DNA of 64,000 nucleotides from NCBI GenBank assembly GCA_051003195.1, contig JBPCLP010000045.1:32001-96000 (forward strand). The letters run 5' to 3'. The notes under the pieces were generated by a model that saw nothing but the letters and a program-made list of their open reading frames with translations, was not told the origin of the DNA and did not search any database. The DNA comes from Candidatus Sumerlaeaceae bacterium (lineage in GTDB: Bacteria; Sumerlaeota; Sumerlaeia; Sumerlaeales; Sumerlaeaceae). Made by a program: the position numbers and the translations under genes. Positions 9,179 to 20,100 of the stretch are shown piece after piece (position 1 is the first letter of the stretch; every line of letters starts with the position of its first letter).

Positions 9179-12100
9179 ATGAGTCAGCATTTCGTACGTC
9201 AAGCGACCCAGAACCGGATTATATCCACAGCCCCTGTGAAGGGGCTGGTAGTTCTCGTCGCGTGTTTGCTAAGCACAGTGGCTGCAACACCTGCACTCGC
9301 AATTACGCCGGGTCACGGTGATCACGACAAGACTTTCGATGTCCGTGTTAATCCACAGGCTGCTCCCAAGCATTTGGCTGCAAAGCTCACCCGTGGCGCC
9401 AGGGCTGCCAGTGTGCAGAAGGAAATGGGAGACGCCAGGTCCGCCCTCCAGAAGGCTTTGCCTGAGCTTGAGGTAAACGTGAATGCTGAGCGGGGCATCG
9501 CCGGGCACATTACTAATGGCGGCGGAGTCCTGTCTGCGGGCAAAGGTAAGCCTGAAGATACAGTACAGTCTTTCGTCAGCCAGAACAGCAAGCTCTTCGG
9601 GCTGACTCGTGTATCGGCCAATGACCAGATTAAAACCAAAGCTTCTTACAGCAATCCCGAGAACAAACTGCAATGGGTCACCTTGCAGCAGGAAATCGGT
9701 GGAATCCCGGTGTTTGGTTCCGAGCTCAAGGCCGTGGTGAATGAGAGGGGTGAACTTACCGCGATCACCAACGAACTCGCGCCCGGACTGAGCGATGATG
9801 TCCTGCGCTCCAGCACTGGATTAAGCCCGGAGGAAGCGGCGGTTGTTGCCGCTGCGGCAGTGGAAGTGCAAATCAATGGAGCAAACCTTGTGCGCCAGAG
9901 CGTCTCGGAAGATGGACTGACGATCGACTTCAAGCCATTCGATAAGATTTCCATTCTCCAGGCAAAGCAGGTCATTTTTCCGCTCGAAATTGGCGAAGCT
10001 GTGATGGCCTACCAACTTTATATACGGCATAGTACCGGGTCCTTTGGGGTCGTTGTGGATGCGGAAAGCGGAGCCCTTTTATTCCGCAAGTCGATGATAG
10101 CTCATCAGAGCCAGACGGCGACATACCTTTACTATAATGGCGATAGCCCGGCTCCGGGAACGCCCTGGCCGGATCCCGTCAACACCGACATCCTGGCGCC
10201 TAAAACCCAGGCGAATGTAGTACCGCAGGCGGAAGCCACTTTAATCAGTGACGACGCACCGGGTCTTACTGCCGGGCAGAAAGCCAGTCCCGATGGCTGG
10301 ATCACCGATTTTGAAAGCACCAGTAAGGGAAACAATGTGTGGGCCGGCTTAAACCAGGACGGAATATCCGGTATCGACCAGGGGGTCGTCGGTGCGAATC
10401 AGTACTCCATCGCGAATGGCAATGGCGACGGACCAAGTTTCTTCAATCGCAACTTCCGTTTCACAATAAATCCACCACCAAGTCTGAGTGCGGACCAGCC
10501 TGCGATTGGGAGCATGAACGTCTACAACAAGGCTGAAGTTACAAACATGTTCTTCTGGGTGAACCGGTACCATGATTACCTGTACCGGCTTGGATTTACC
10601 GAAGGCGCGGGCAATTTCCAGGTAAAGAATTTTGGCCGTGGGGGTATTGGAAACGATTTAATCATCGCGCAAGCGCAGGATGGGTGGGGCACTGATCCGC
10701 CATCCACTAATAATGCATTCTATGAAATAGCTCCTGACGGTTTACCGGGCTCCGTGCACATGTTTATCTTTCCCGACGACAACCCAGACGCGGTTCGTGA
10801 TAGTGCACTGGACCAGCATGTACTCCTGCACGAACTCACTCACGGGACATCGACGCGACTGGTCGGTAACGGCTTTGGGCTGAATGAGCAGCAGGGTGGC
10901 GGGCTCGGGGAAGGATGGTCGGATTTCTTCGCAACTTCTATCATGAGCGAATTCCCAGACACGAAAGACCAGGATCCAGACAAGCCGGTTGCGACGGGCG
11001 GCTGGCTTACAAAAAATTTCTTAGGTGTAAACTTCGACAATTACTTCTATGGAATCCGCGAGTTCCCGTATTCCACAGACCATACTCTAAATCCCCTCAC
11101 GTTCCTCGATAGCGATCCATTTCAATATTCGACAAAGGACACACCTGGTTCGGTTCCGGAAAATCCGTTGTGCTGGAGTCAAAACGGCGCGGAAGTGCAC
11201 AGCCTCGGAGTGATATGGGCCAGCATACTATGGCAGGCACGCGCGCATATCATGCAGAAATTTGATCTTAGCCGGACTGCCTCGCCCCCGAGTTCCTATG
11301 GCTCGCAGAAGGAGGCATGGAAGCAGGGCAATCGCCACATGCTGCAACTGGTTACCGACGGCCTGAAACTGACACCCACCAACCCGACGTTTGTCGAGGC
11401 GCGCGATGCCGTTCTTGCGGCAGCGCTTGCGCAGGCAACCAACCCTGCAGGCTGGGCATCGCCGGATGACGCGAATACCTCGATCTCCCAGATGGACGAG
11501 CTGCAATTATGGCGCGGGTTTGCGAACCGGCACCTTGGCTACGGGGCAGTTTCTGTTCCCCGGACTGACGGGAGAGTAATTGAGCGCGAGCCCGTGAACT
11601 ATTACAGTATTTCCAAGACAGGCGTCACGTCGCTGCCGCTGGTGCTGTTGACCGATCCGGATAACAATCTCACCGGCCTGGATGACGATGACTCGATCGA
11701 AATCGAGTTCAATAAGGATGGTACGGGCGCAGGGTTCAATTTCTATGGCAAAACCTATACGAGTATGTTTGTAAACACCAACGGCTCAATCACATTCGAC
11801 GATGAAGACAAGGCCATTGATCTTACGGTTGATCAGCACTTCGCCCAGCCGCGCATCAGCGGTTTACTGGCAGATTTTGATGGTTCCACCACACGCGGAG
11901 CTATCAATGTCGAGCAATTGGATACGGACGGCGATGGCGAGCAAGATCTCGTCCTGGTTACTTTCATCGACATGCCTGAAACCGCGTCTATTGATCCAGT
12001 AACTGAAGAAGGCAATAAGAGCAACTTTCAAATCATCCTCGTGCTTAATAACAACACGGTATATACGCGGAACAGCTTCACCGTCCGCTATGGTGACTGT

Positions 12101-14653
12101 GAGTTGCTGGATACCAGCAAACCGATCGCTGGAATCTCGGGTGGCCAGAATTCGCCGAGAGGGCCGCGTTACAACACTAATGTCGGTTTTGCGAACGAAG
12201 ACCTGAGTGCGTACCAGTTCTGCAACCCGGAGCTTCCACAAAGCTTTTTCACGGAGTACTTCGACGGTACTCCAGAGCACCTTTTCGACCTGGAAAACCT
12301 CACTTTTACATGGGATCACGGTTTCAAGTTCGCCTGGTTTAATACACCGCAGGCCTCTGCTCTGCTGCCGCTGAGAGCTCTGTCGGCGAACGTTCGATCG
12401 GAGTCTGGAAACACTGTCGTAAACGCAAATGACACCGTGGTAATCAACATTCCCCTGGAGAGCAAATTTAAGAAAGCGAACCTGACGAATGTCATCGGTT
12501 TAATCACCCCTCTGACCGAGGGTGTCACGGTAGTTGATCCCGTTTCCGATTACGGCCGCATCGATGCCGGGCGTTCCTCGGCAGGGCTGGATCCGTTCCT
12601 CATACAACTGGATAACACAGTGTCATGCGGCCAGCAGGTCCGGCTCAAGGTAGACTTCGCCACCGACCAGGGAATCTTTGGATCCAAAGATGACGTACTG
12701 ATCACGGTGGGTACGGGGGTAGGCGATGTGCAGGGCGCACTAAGCTGGCCGCAAGGCGGCGCATCCTCGGGCGTGGTTTCCAGTAGTTACGACGCAGTCA
12801 CCACCACGATTCTGCTCAAGCCCTCGTCCATTAACATGAAGGCTTCAACGTACCTGAAGAACACCCGCACCAATGAAATCGTGCTGGCAACTTCGTGGAA
12901 CATAAACACGCGCCAACTGGGCATCCGGCGCGGGCAGAAATTTACCGTGGCAAAGCCAATGCTCGCGGACGATGCGCTGGCCTTCGACAGCGTTCCGATC
13001 CCGGATGCCGTTCAGTCGGGCGTGCGCTTTGAAGTGCTGCCAACGGATCCGAACATCACGGGCCCAGTGGGCCGCATACGTCTCACCCTGGGCGCGTTCA
13101 GCCATCCTCATATCCAGGACCTGAGGATGACACTCTCTAACGCCCAGGGCTTCAGCATGGTGCTGCTGGATAACGTCAAGGCGAGCCTGGATGGCAGAAC
13201 GAAATACTCGAACATCACGCTGGATTCCGAAGCAGCGGACTCAGTCCAGAACAACGGCGGCCTGGTTGACAATACGAGCTACCGCCCGGTCGGTGACTTC
13301 TCCGTCTTCTCAAACGCCGGGGTCAATTCCGGAACAACCTGGACACTGACGGTCGCCGACTTGTTCGCGCCATACGCGGGAGATATTACCGCCTGGAGCA
13401 TCGAGTTAAGTCCGCAGGTTCTTTGCCCACCCCAGACCGTGCAGTCGAGCAACTTCAGTCTCGGCGTTAGTGGATGGACAACGGGCAGCTACGGTGACCC
13501 GTCGCTGATGGACGCTTACTACCGTCCGGCCAACACCTCGGTGCCGGCAGCGCTGGTGTTGAATACCAAGCCTGCTGCCTCAGTGCGTGTGCCCGGTTGG
13601 CAGAGCCCAGGCGTTTTCCTTACCAACGGCGAGAACCAGATCTACCGCTTCCATGCATATGTGACGCGAAGCGGACAGCCGAACCTGACAAAACAGGAAC
13701 AGATTCCGTTCCTGCGCGTGAGAGCGGCAGTTGGCAGCGTGATGGCAAACGTGCATGACTACCTGTTTAATACGACCCAGATCGATCCGGGCGCGAACAG
13801 CTACAGCCTTGCCGAAGCCCCATCAACGAACCCCAATGCACCAAGCCACTACTGGGTTGATCTTGATCCCGTGGACGCGCCGTCGCTGTACAATGACGCC
13901 AACCACATGGTCTATGGATATGTCGAAAACTGGTCGCACTTCAGTGCGCAGCAGGGCAACCTGGAACTGGTCCAAAGCCGCATGGAACGCTTCTCGGCAC
14001 CCACAGATTCGGAAGGCCCGGTTGTTTGCAGCTACACGGCGGCCGACCTGCAGAACGGTTCCGTCTGGTCTGGTAACCTGGCCAATAGTATCTGGGAACG
14101 CGACGTGCCAAATGGTCGGCCGACGGTAACGACGGGCCCACAAGGAGTGACACTGGATTCTTCGCGCGTGCAGCCAGGCGGGCCGCTGTCCTTTGCCACA
14201 TTCGACATCCAACCGGCAGGCAAGCAGGAGACCGTGTTGAAGGCAAACAAGCTGTACCGCGTTCGCTATCATATCAGCTCCAACACTCCTTCGTCCAGCA
14301 ACCCGATCTTCCGCATTCGCGCACGTGCGCTGCGCTGGGCGGACGTGAACGAACTGGTGATTGGGCCGTCTAACTTCGGAAGCACACGCAACCAGTTGCT
14401 CGGTCGCGAGATACTGCCCGGGCCTGGCACGAGAAACCCGAGTCATCGTGAAGGCGAAACGCAGGGCGGCTATTACGACCAGTACATCAGCTCACCGCTG
14501 GTCCTGCCGGCCGACGTCGATTTCAAGACACTGCGCTTCGGATTCGATATATTCGATTACGGCTATGACGGGGCTGGTACCGCGGCACAACGCGCTGAAG
14601 GCGGCCGCTTCACGCTGGACTCAATCGAGGTGCGTGAGTTCCCGCAACGCTGA
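9179..14653 (+). CDS. Large secreted M36 (fungalysin) metallopeptidase with FTP/PepSY propeptide, nidogen-like segment, P-domain and an uncharacterised C-terminal region
   Basis: Signal peptide ending PALA; QQEIGGIPVFG (FTP); GFTEGAGNFQ; HELTHG; GLGEGWSDF; NPTFVEARDA; FNFYGKTYTSMFVNTNG; HPHIQDL...WTLTVAD...GDITAWSIEL (P-domain). Confidence 0.9.
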   Translation: MSQHFVRQATQNRIISTAPVKGLVVLVACLLSTVAATPALAITPGHGDHDKTFDVRVNPQAAPKHLAAKLTRGARAASVQKEMGDARSALQKALPELEVNVNAERGIAGHITNGGGVLSAGKGKPEDTVQSFVSQNSKLFGLTRVSANDQIKTKASYSNPENKLQWVTLQQEIGGIPVFGSELKAVVNERGELTAITNELAPGLSDDVLRSSTGLSPEEAAVVAAAAVEVQINGANLVRQSVSEDGLTIDFKPFDKISILQAKQVIFPLEIGEAVMAYQLYIRHSTGSFGVVVDAESGALLFRKSMIAHQSQTATYLYYNGDSPAPGTPWPDPVNTDILAPKTQANVVPQAEATLISDDAPGLTAGQKASPDGWITDFESTSKGNNVWAGLNQDGISGIDQGVVGANQYSIANGNGDGPSFFNRNFRFTINPPPSLSADQPAIGSMNVYNKAEVTNMFFWVNRYHDYLYRLGFTEGAGNFQVKNFGRGGIGNDLIIAQAQDGWGTDPPSTNNAFYEIAPDGLPGSVHMFIFPDDNPDAVRDSALDQHVLLHELTHGTSTRLVGNGFGLNEQQGGGLGEGWSDFFATSIMSEFPDTKDQDPDKPVATGGWLTKNFLGVNFDNYFYGIREFPYSTDHTLNPLTFLDSDPFQYSTKDTPGSVPENPLCWSQNGAEVHSLGVIWASILWQARAHIMQKFDLSRTASPPSSYGSQKEAWKQGNRHMLQLVTDGLKLTPTNPTFVEARDAVLAAALAQATNPAGWASPDDANTSISQMDELQLWRGFANRHLGYGAVSVPRTDGRVIEREPVNYYSISKTGVTSLPLVLLTDPDNNLTGLDDDDSIEIEFNKDGTGAGFNFYGKTYTSMFVNTNGSITFDDEDKAIDLTVDQHFAQPRISGLLADFDGSTTRGAINVEQLDTDGDGEQDLVLVTFIDMPETASIDPVTEEGNKSNFQIILVLNNNTVYTRNSFTVRYGDCELLDTSKPIAGISGGQNSPRGPRYNTNVGFANEDLSAYQFCNPELPQSFFTEYFDGTPEHLFDLENLTFTWDHGFKFAWFNTPQASALLPLRALSANVRSESGNTVVNANDTVVINIPLESKFKKANLTNVIGLITPLTEGVTVVDPVSDYGRIDAGRSSAGLDPFLIQLDNTVSCGQQVRLKVDFATDQGIFGSKDDVLITVGTGVGDVQGALSWPQGGASSGVVSSSYDAVTTTILLKPSSINMKASTYLKNTRTNEIVLATSWNINTRQLGIRRGQKFTVAKPMLADDALAFDSVPIPDAVQSGVRFEVLPTDPNITGPVGRIRLTLGAFSHPHIQDLRMTLSNAQGFSMVLLDNVKASLDGRTKYSNITLDSEAADSVQNNGGLVDNTSYRPVGDFSVFSNAGVNSGTTWTLTVADLFAPYAGDITAWSIELSPQVLCPPQTVQSSNFSLGVSGWTTGSYGDPSLMDAYYRPANTSVPAALVLNTKPAASVRVPGWQSPGVFLTNGENQIYRFHAYVTRSGQPNLTKQEQIPFLRVRAAVGSVMANVHDYLFNTTQIDPGANSYSLAEAPSTNPNAPSHYWVDLDPVDAPSLYNDANHMVYGYVENWSHFSAQQGNLELVQSRMERFSAPTDSEGPVVCSYTAADLQNGSVWSGNLANSIWERDVPNGRPTVTTGPQGVTLDSSRVQPGGPLSFATFDIQPAGKQETVLKANKLYRVRYHISSNTPSSSNPIFRIRARALRWADVNELVIGPSNFGSTRNQLLGREILPGPGTRNPSHREGETQGGYYDQYISSPLVLPADVDFKTLRFGFDIFDYGYDGAGTAAQRAEGGRFTLDSIEVREFPQR

Positions 14654-14688
14654 AACCGCTAAGCCGGACAACAAGTGGCACCATTCAG

Positions 14689-14724
14689 GCGCGGCCTTCG
14701 CTAGTAAACGGAGGCCGCGCTTTT
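14689..14724 (+). terminator. Terminator-like hairpin that also contains the rnr Shine-Dalgarno sequence
   Basis: GCGCGGCCTTCG-ctagtaaa-CGGAGGCCGCGC-TTTT: 12-bp stem with one G-U pair. GGAGG at 14710-14714, TTG start at 14723. Confidence 0.7.
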
Positions 14725-17095
14725 GGCTGATATAAAGGATCGAATCCGGCAGTACCTGGAAACTTACACCGGCAAGCCGCCCCGGCTGCAGGATGTCATG
14801 AAGGCGCTGCAAATTCCGCTCACAGAACGGAAGAGCGTGCGGCGCATCATGCGCGAGCTGCAGGTGGATGGGCATCTCGCATTGCTGCGCACACGCGCGT
14901 ACGTTTCATCCAGCCCACGGCAGACAATCTCGGGCATTCTTAAAGTGTCCCGGCGCGGCTTTGGGTTCCTGGTCCCGGACATCGGGGAAGGTCTTCCAGC
15001 AGTTGGCGACATTTACATTTCGCGCAAACGCATGGGTGAGGCGATGAACGGCGATCGCGTTCGCGTGCGGCTTGTCGTAGATGAGCGTCGCCGTGGCGAA
15101 AAGTCTTCAAAGCTGCGAGAGGGACAGGTTGTCGAAGTGCTGGAGCACGGCACTACAAAGCTGGTGGGTGCATTTTATCCAACGCGCTCGGGGGGCAATG
15201 TGATTCCTCGCGACGAACGGCTGAATCGCACGATTGCCACCCCCCGCCCCGATCCTGATCTGCAGGTCGCGGACGGCGATCTGGTCGTCGCGGAAATCAC
15301 CGCGTGGACGCATCCGACTGAACCGCTGATCGGCCGGGTGGTCGAACGTCTTGGCACACCGGGCGATCAGGGGCTCGACATCACCGTGTTGATTCGCGAT
15401 GCTGGCGTCGAGCCGGAATTTTCAGAGGAAGTACTTGAAGAAGTAGCCGAGATACCGGACGCTATTCCCCCCGAGGAAATTTCCCGCCGAACGGATTTCC
15501 GGAACATCGTCACATTCACAATGGACGGCGCCACTGCCAAAGATTTCGACGATGCATTGTCCATTGAGCGGTTGGATGAGGGGATGGTGCGGCTGGGCGT
15601 ACACATTGCCGACGTCTCGTATTATGTAAAAGAGGGCACTGGTTTAGACGCTGATGCGTTCGAACGTGCCACGTCGATCTACCCGATTGATCGCGTGGTG
15701 CCAATGCTGCCGGAAAAGCTCTCCAACAACCTGTGTTCGCTACGACCCAACGAAGACCGGCTGACCATGAGCTGCCTGATGACCATCGATGAGAAGGGAC
15801 GCGTGCATGATTACTCCATCCACGAAGGGGTCATCCGAAGTGCGCATCGCCTCATCTATGAAGAAGTGCAGACGGTAGTGGATGGTGGCGCGGAACCCAA
15901 ACTCGCCCGCGCTCTTGGCGGCATCCGTGTGCAGCTTGACGAACTTTATAAATTGCGCAAAATCCTTACCGACATGCGCGCCCGCCGTGGTGCGCTGGAC
16001 CTGGACGTTCCGGAAACCGAAATTCTCTTCGACGAGCAGGGAAAGGTAAAGGGCATCACGCGCCGGCCGCGGCTCGAGTCGCATCGCGTGGTGGAAGAGT
16101 GCATGCTGATCGCCAACGAGGTGGTTGCTGCACACCTGCTGAATCTGCAGGTGCCTTCGGTATATCGCGTGCACGAGGATCCGGATCTCGACAAGCTCCG
16201 GCAGCTTATGCCGGTACTGGCCCAGCTGGGCGTTAAGTTTCCTGCGAAAAAAGAATTGGGAGCCGACGCCATCCAGAGTGCCCTGGATCAATCGGCTAAG
16301 CTGGAGACCGGGTTCATTTCCCGGCGGCTCATTCTCCGGGCGATGGCGCGCGCGCATTACTCCGAGGAAAACGTGGGGCATTACGGACTCGCCAGCACGT
16401 GTTACACGCACTTTACCTCGCCGATCCGGCGATACCCGGACCTGCTGGTGCATCGTTTTCTGCGTGAGACAGCGGCGCATGGTGCACCAACAGCAGGGCG
16501 CTACAGGCCGCCTGTCTTTGGTGGCGCAAAGCAATCTGATCCGTTTGAGGGACATCACAGCAAGTACCTGCCGCGAGGGAGACAGGAGTACCTCGCAGCG
16601 CGTCTCCCCAGTTGGACAAAGCACTGCAGTGAGCAGGAGCGGCGCGCTGAGGACATTGAGTACGATGCCGCGAAGGTGAAGAGCCTGGAATACATGAAGC
16701 AGTTCATCGGGCAGGAATTCGACGGCTACATCATCGGCGTGATGAACTTTGGAATGTTCGTCGAATTAATAGAGATGCCTGTCGAAGGGCTGCTGCATGT
16801 GCGCCAGCTCACCACCGACTTCTTCGAGTACGATGAAGACCGGATGAATCTCGTCGGCCGTGAGACAGGCGAAACCTACAAGCTGGGTGACAAGCTGCGC
16901 ATTTACGTGGAGAACGTCAGCGTCGAATCACTGGAACTGGACTTCGCACTGGCTGAAAAATATGTAGCTGCCGGCAGCGCGGAGCGCCGGACCGAAGCCG
17001 GCACCGAGCGAGTCGCCCGCCAGAAAAGACATGAGGCACGGAAACCGCGCTCCGGCGGATTCCAGGCTCGCGGCGGCAAACGTGGCCGCCGTTAG
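14723..17095 (+). CDS. rnr: Ribonuclease R
   Basis: GFGFL cold-shock domain, TMDGATAKDFDDA, HIADVSYYV, YTHFTSPIRRYPDL, C-terminal S1 domain and basic tail. Confidence 0.96.
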   Translation: MADIKDRIRQYLETYTGKPPRLQDVMKALQIPLTERKSVRRIMRELQVDGHLALLRTRAYVSSSPRQTISGILKVSRRGFGFLVPDIGEGLPAVGDIYISRKRMGEAMNGDRVRVRLVVDERRRGEKSSKLREGQVVEVLEHGTTKLVGAFYPTRSGGNVIPRDERLNRTIATPRPDPDLQVADGDLVVAEITAWTHPTEPLIGRVVERLGTPGDQGLDITVLIRDAGVEPEFSEEVLEEVAEIPDAIPPEEISRRTDFRNIVTFTMDGATAKDFDDALSIERLDEGMVRLGVHIADVSYYVKEGTGLDADAFERATSIYPIDRVVPMLPEKLSNNLCSLRPNEDRLTMSCLMTIDEKGRVHDYSIHEGVIRSAHRLIYEEVQTVVDGGAEPKLARALGGIRVQLDELYKLRKILTDMRARRGALDLDVPETEILFDEQGKVKGITRRPRLESHRVVEECMLIANEVVAAHLLNLQVPSVYRVHEDPDLDKLRQLMPVLAQLGVKFPAKKELGADAIQSALDQSAKLETGFISRRLILRAMARAHYSEENVGHYGLASTCYTHFTSPIRRYPDLLVHRFLRETAAHGAPTAGRYRPPVFGGAKQSDPFEGHHSKYLPRGRQEYLAARLPSWTKHCSEQERRAEDIEYDAAKVKSLEYMKQFIGQEFDGYIIGVMNFGMFVELIEMPVEGLLHVRQLTTDFFEYDEDRMNLVGRETGETYKLGDKLRIYVENVSVESLELDFALAEKYVAAGSAERRTEAGTERVARQKRHEARKPRSGGFQARGGKRGRR

Positions 17096-17138
17096 TAATT
17101 AAACAGCAGATCGGATGTCGCGCCTGGTGTAGCCGGGA

Positions 17139-20100
17139 TTAACGCCCTCCTGCTGCGGCCGCAACAGCCGGCACAGCTACGGCCCCAGCCTTTTCGATCG
17201 CGTAGTTTTCCACGTGGAACACGTCGCTCATGCTGAAACGTATCTCCACATCGTAACGCTGCTCGAGCCGGCGTATTGCATCGCGGTAATTCTGGTCCAC
17301 GTATCCTCGAATCCTGGAATTAACCGTTACATTCAGGGACGGGGCAGGCTTCGTGGACTCCAGCGTCTTCACCAGCTCGTGCTTGATGTGCAGCCAGATC
17401 TGCTGCTCGTTGAGTACAACTCCAGCGCCCTGGCAGTACGGACAATCCATGAACAGCGTCTTGCGCAGGCTGCGGCGCACGCGCTTACGCGTCATCTCAA
17501 CAAGCCCAAATTCACTGATCGTCGAAACGCTCGTCTTTGAGCGGTCCTTTCGCAGATTCATTTTCAGCTCATTAACAACCTGCTCGCGATTGCGCGGGTC
17601 TTTCATGTCAATGAAGTCGATCACGATAAGTCCGCCGATATCGCGCAGCTTTAGTTCGCGTGCCACCGCGCGCGAGGCTTCCAGGTTCGTCTTCAGGATA
17701 AGCTTTTCCTGGTCATCTTTTCCGACCGCTTTGCCCGTGTTCACGTCGATGGCAGTAAGAGCTTCGGCCTCATCGATGATCAGGTAGCCGCCGCTCTTCA
17801 GCCATACCTTGCGCCGGGCTGCCTTCTGAATCTGCTTCTCAACCTGGAACTTCTGGAAAATGTTTTCGGCGCCGGAGTAAACCTTCACCTTTTCTGTCAG
17901 CGACGGGATGAGCTTGTCGAGGATCTGCTTCAGTTTCTCCGCCTCGACGTGCGAATCGATCAGGATCTCCGAAACGTTGTCGTCGAAAACGTCGCGGGCC
18001 AGCCGGTAAATGATATCATGGTCATCGTAGACCAGCTGGGTTGGTTCCGCTTGTTTATAGCGGTCCGCAATGGCTGTCCACTCGTGTGTCAGAAAATCGA
18101 CGTCACCGCGGATGTCCTTTTCGTCCCGGTAGATTCCCGCCGTGCGAATGATAAACGCAGTCTCATCATTCGAGATTTCTTTGAGAATCCGCTTCAGGCG
18201 CTTACGCTCGGTGATGTCCTCAACCTTGCGAGAGATGCCGCCTTCCTCATTCGGGTACGGCAGGAGCACCAAGTATCGGCCCGGCAGGCTTACGTAAGTG
18301 GAGATTCGGGCTCCCTTCATCCCGATCTCCTCCTTGATTACCTGCACCATCACCTCATCACCCTTTTTGTAGGTCTCGGTGAACAATGGAGGCCGGTTCC
18401 AGCGGCGTGCCTGCGGCTGCTGGTCCCGCCCGCCGCGATCACGGTGCCTGTCGTGACGGCCCGGCCTCTGGTCCTGTTGCGGAGCAGTCGGCAAGGCTAC
18501 AGGAACGAAACCCGTTTGCGGCTGGGAAGTACCTGGCTGCGCTTCAGTCGAAGTGCCAGTTTCACCAGTCTGGGCCGTGTCCGAAGTGGATTGCACGCCT
18601 GCTTCTGCTGGTGCGGCCCCTCGCCCGCGGCGTCCACTTCTACGACCGCGCCTGTCGCGATGCCGGTCTTCGCGCTGACCTTTGGCCGGACGCTCCGGCG
18701 TTTCCGCTGAGCCTTTCTGCGGTTCTGGTGACCCCTGCACATGCTGGGTCTCTGCCACGGGAGAAGCTGGAGACGTTGAAGGCGCGGCTTTTGCCGCAGC
18801 TTCCTCGCGCGCGCTTACCGTTCCGGTTTTTTTCCGGCTGCTTAGCCTCGCCGCCCGGGCTTCAGCTGCGGCTGCACGTGCACGCGCAGATGCACTCTCC
18901 TTGATTGCGACTTTCTTTTCCCGAGCTGGCGGACGTGCGGCTTTCTTTTCGTTCTTATCTGCAACTGCCGGCTTTGTTTCTGCCTCAGTTTTACGTACTC
19001 GTGCAGTGGTTTTTGACGCCACTATCGAAGCTTTGGCCTTCACTGTATCGTCCGATTTAGCCGCGCGTTTTGGTCGCGCTACGATTGCGGATCTTGCGGC
19101 AACCGGGGCAATCTTCTTCACCCGCGCCGGCGTCTTCTCCTCGACTGGTTCAGCAGCCTTCGTTCGTTTTTTTGCAGCGGCGGATTTCGCGTCATCGGAA
19201 TCCGACTTCTTCGCGCGTACAGCATAGTACGACTGATTGCCGCGGCGCTTCATTTGGCGGTTACGTCCGCCGCCGCGGCGCTTGCGACGCGCAGCCTGTC
19301 CGCCATCACCCTGGCCCTGGCCTTGATGCCGCGGCCGGGAATTCCCCTGGCCCGATGCACCTGGGAAACGCTCGTTACCCGGCATAGGAGCATTATCATC
19401 CTCGTCGTAAAAAGGCTCAGAGGAACGTACCGGCCCAAAATTCGGCTGACGATCATCATCGTCGTCTGCGCCCGGGACATAGGCGCGGTGCTGAGGGCGC
19501 GGCCCAAAGAAGTCTTCCTGACTTTCACGGCGATCATTCGGGTTCTGCGCATACGGGCTGCGCTGGTTACCCCAATTGGTGGTGTCCTGTTGAGCCTGCC
19601 TGCGCCACTGGCGTTTGCTCGGCTGCGCGGGCATCGAGTACGGCGAAAAGACGTCATATGGATTCGCAGCGCCGCGCGTGCCGGCGGCACCACGTTCGGC
19701 CGGAGGCACCCAGGCATTCGCCATGGCGGTCGTCGTTGGATGAGGCTGTGGCGCCCGCATGGTATTGCCGCGCGGAGCGCCATCACCGCCTGGCACACCT
19801 TGCTGGCGTCTGGATTGACGCTCGAGTTTCTTTTGCTCCCAACGTTCGCGACGGCGGCGCTGCCGTTCACTGCGCGGGTTCGTACGCTGGTCCGACTGCG
19901 GTCCGCCCGGGGCGACGCCGCCTTCCTGGAAGGTTCGTTCCTGCGAAGGTCCGGACGAAACTGCAGGCTGACCCGCAGGAGCCTCCGTAATCGCTTCTTC
20001 GTCGTCCTCATCTTCATCATCGATGTCGGCGTCGAGAACTTCATCACGAACAGGATCGAACGGCTGGTCTGCATCACTTTTGTGCCGCTTGCGACCACCC

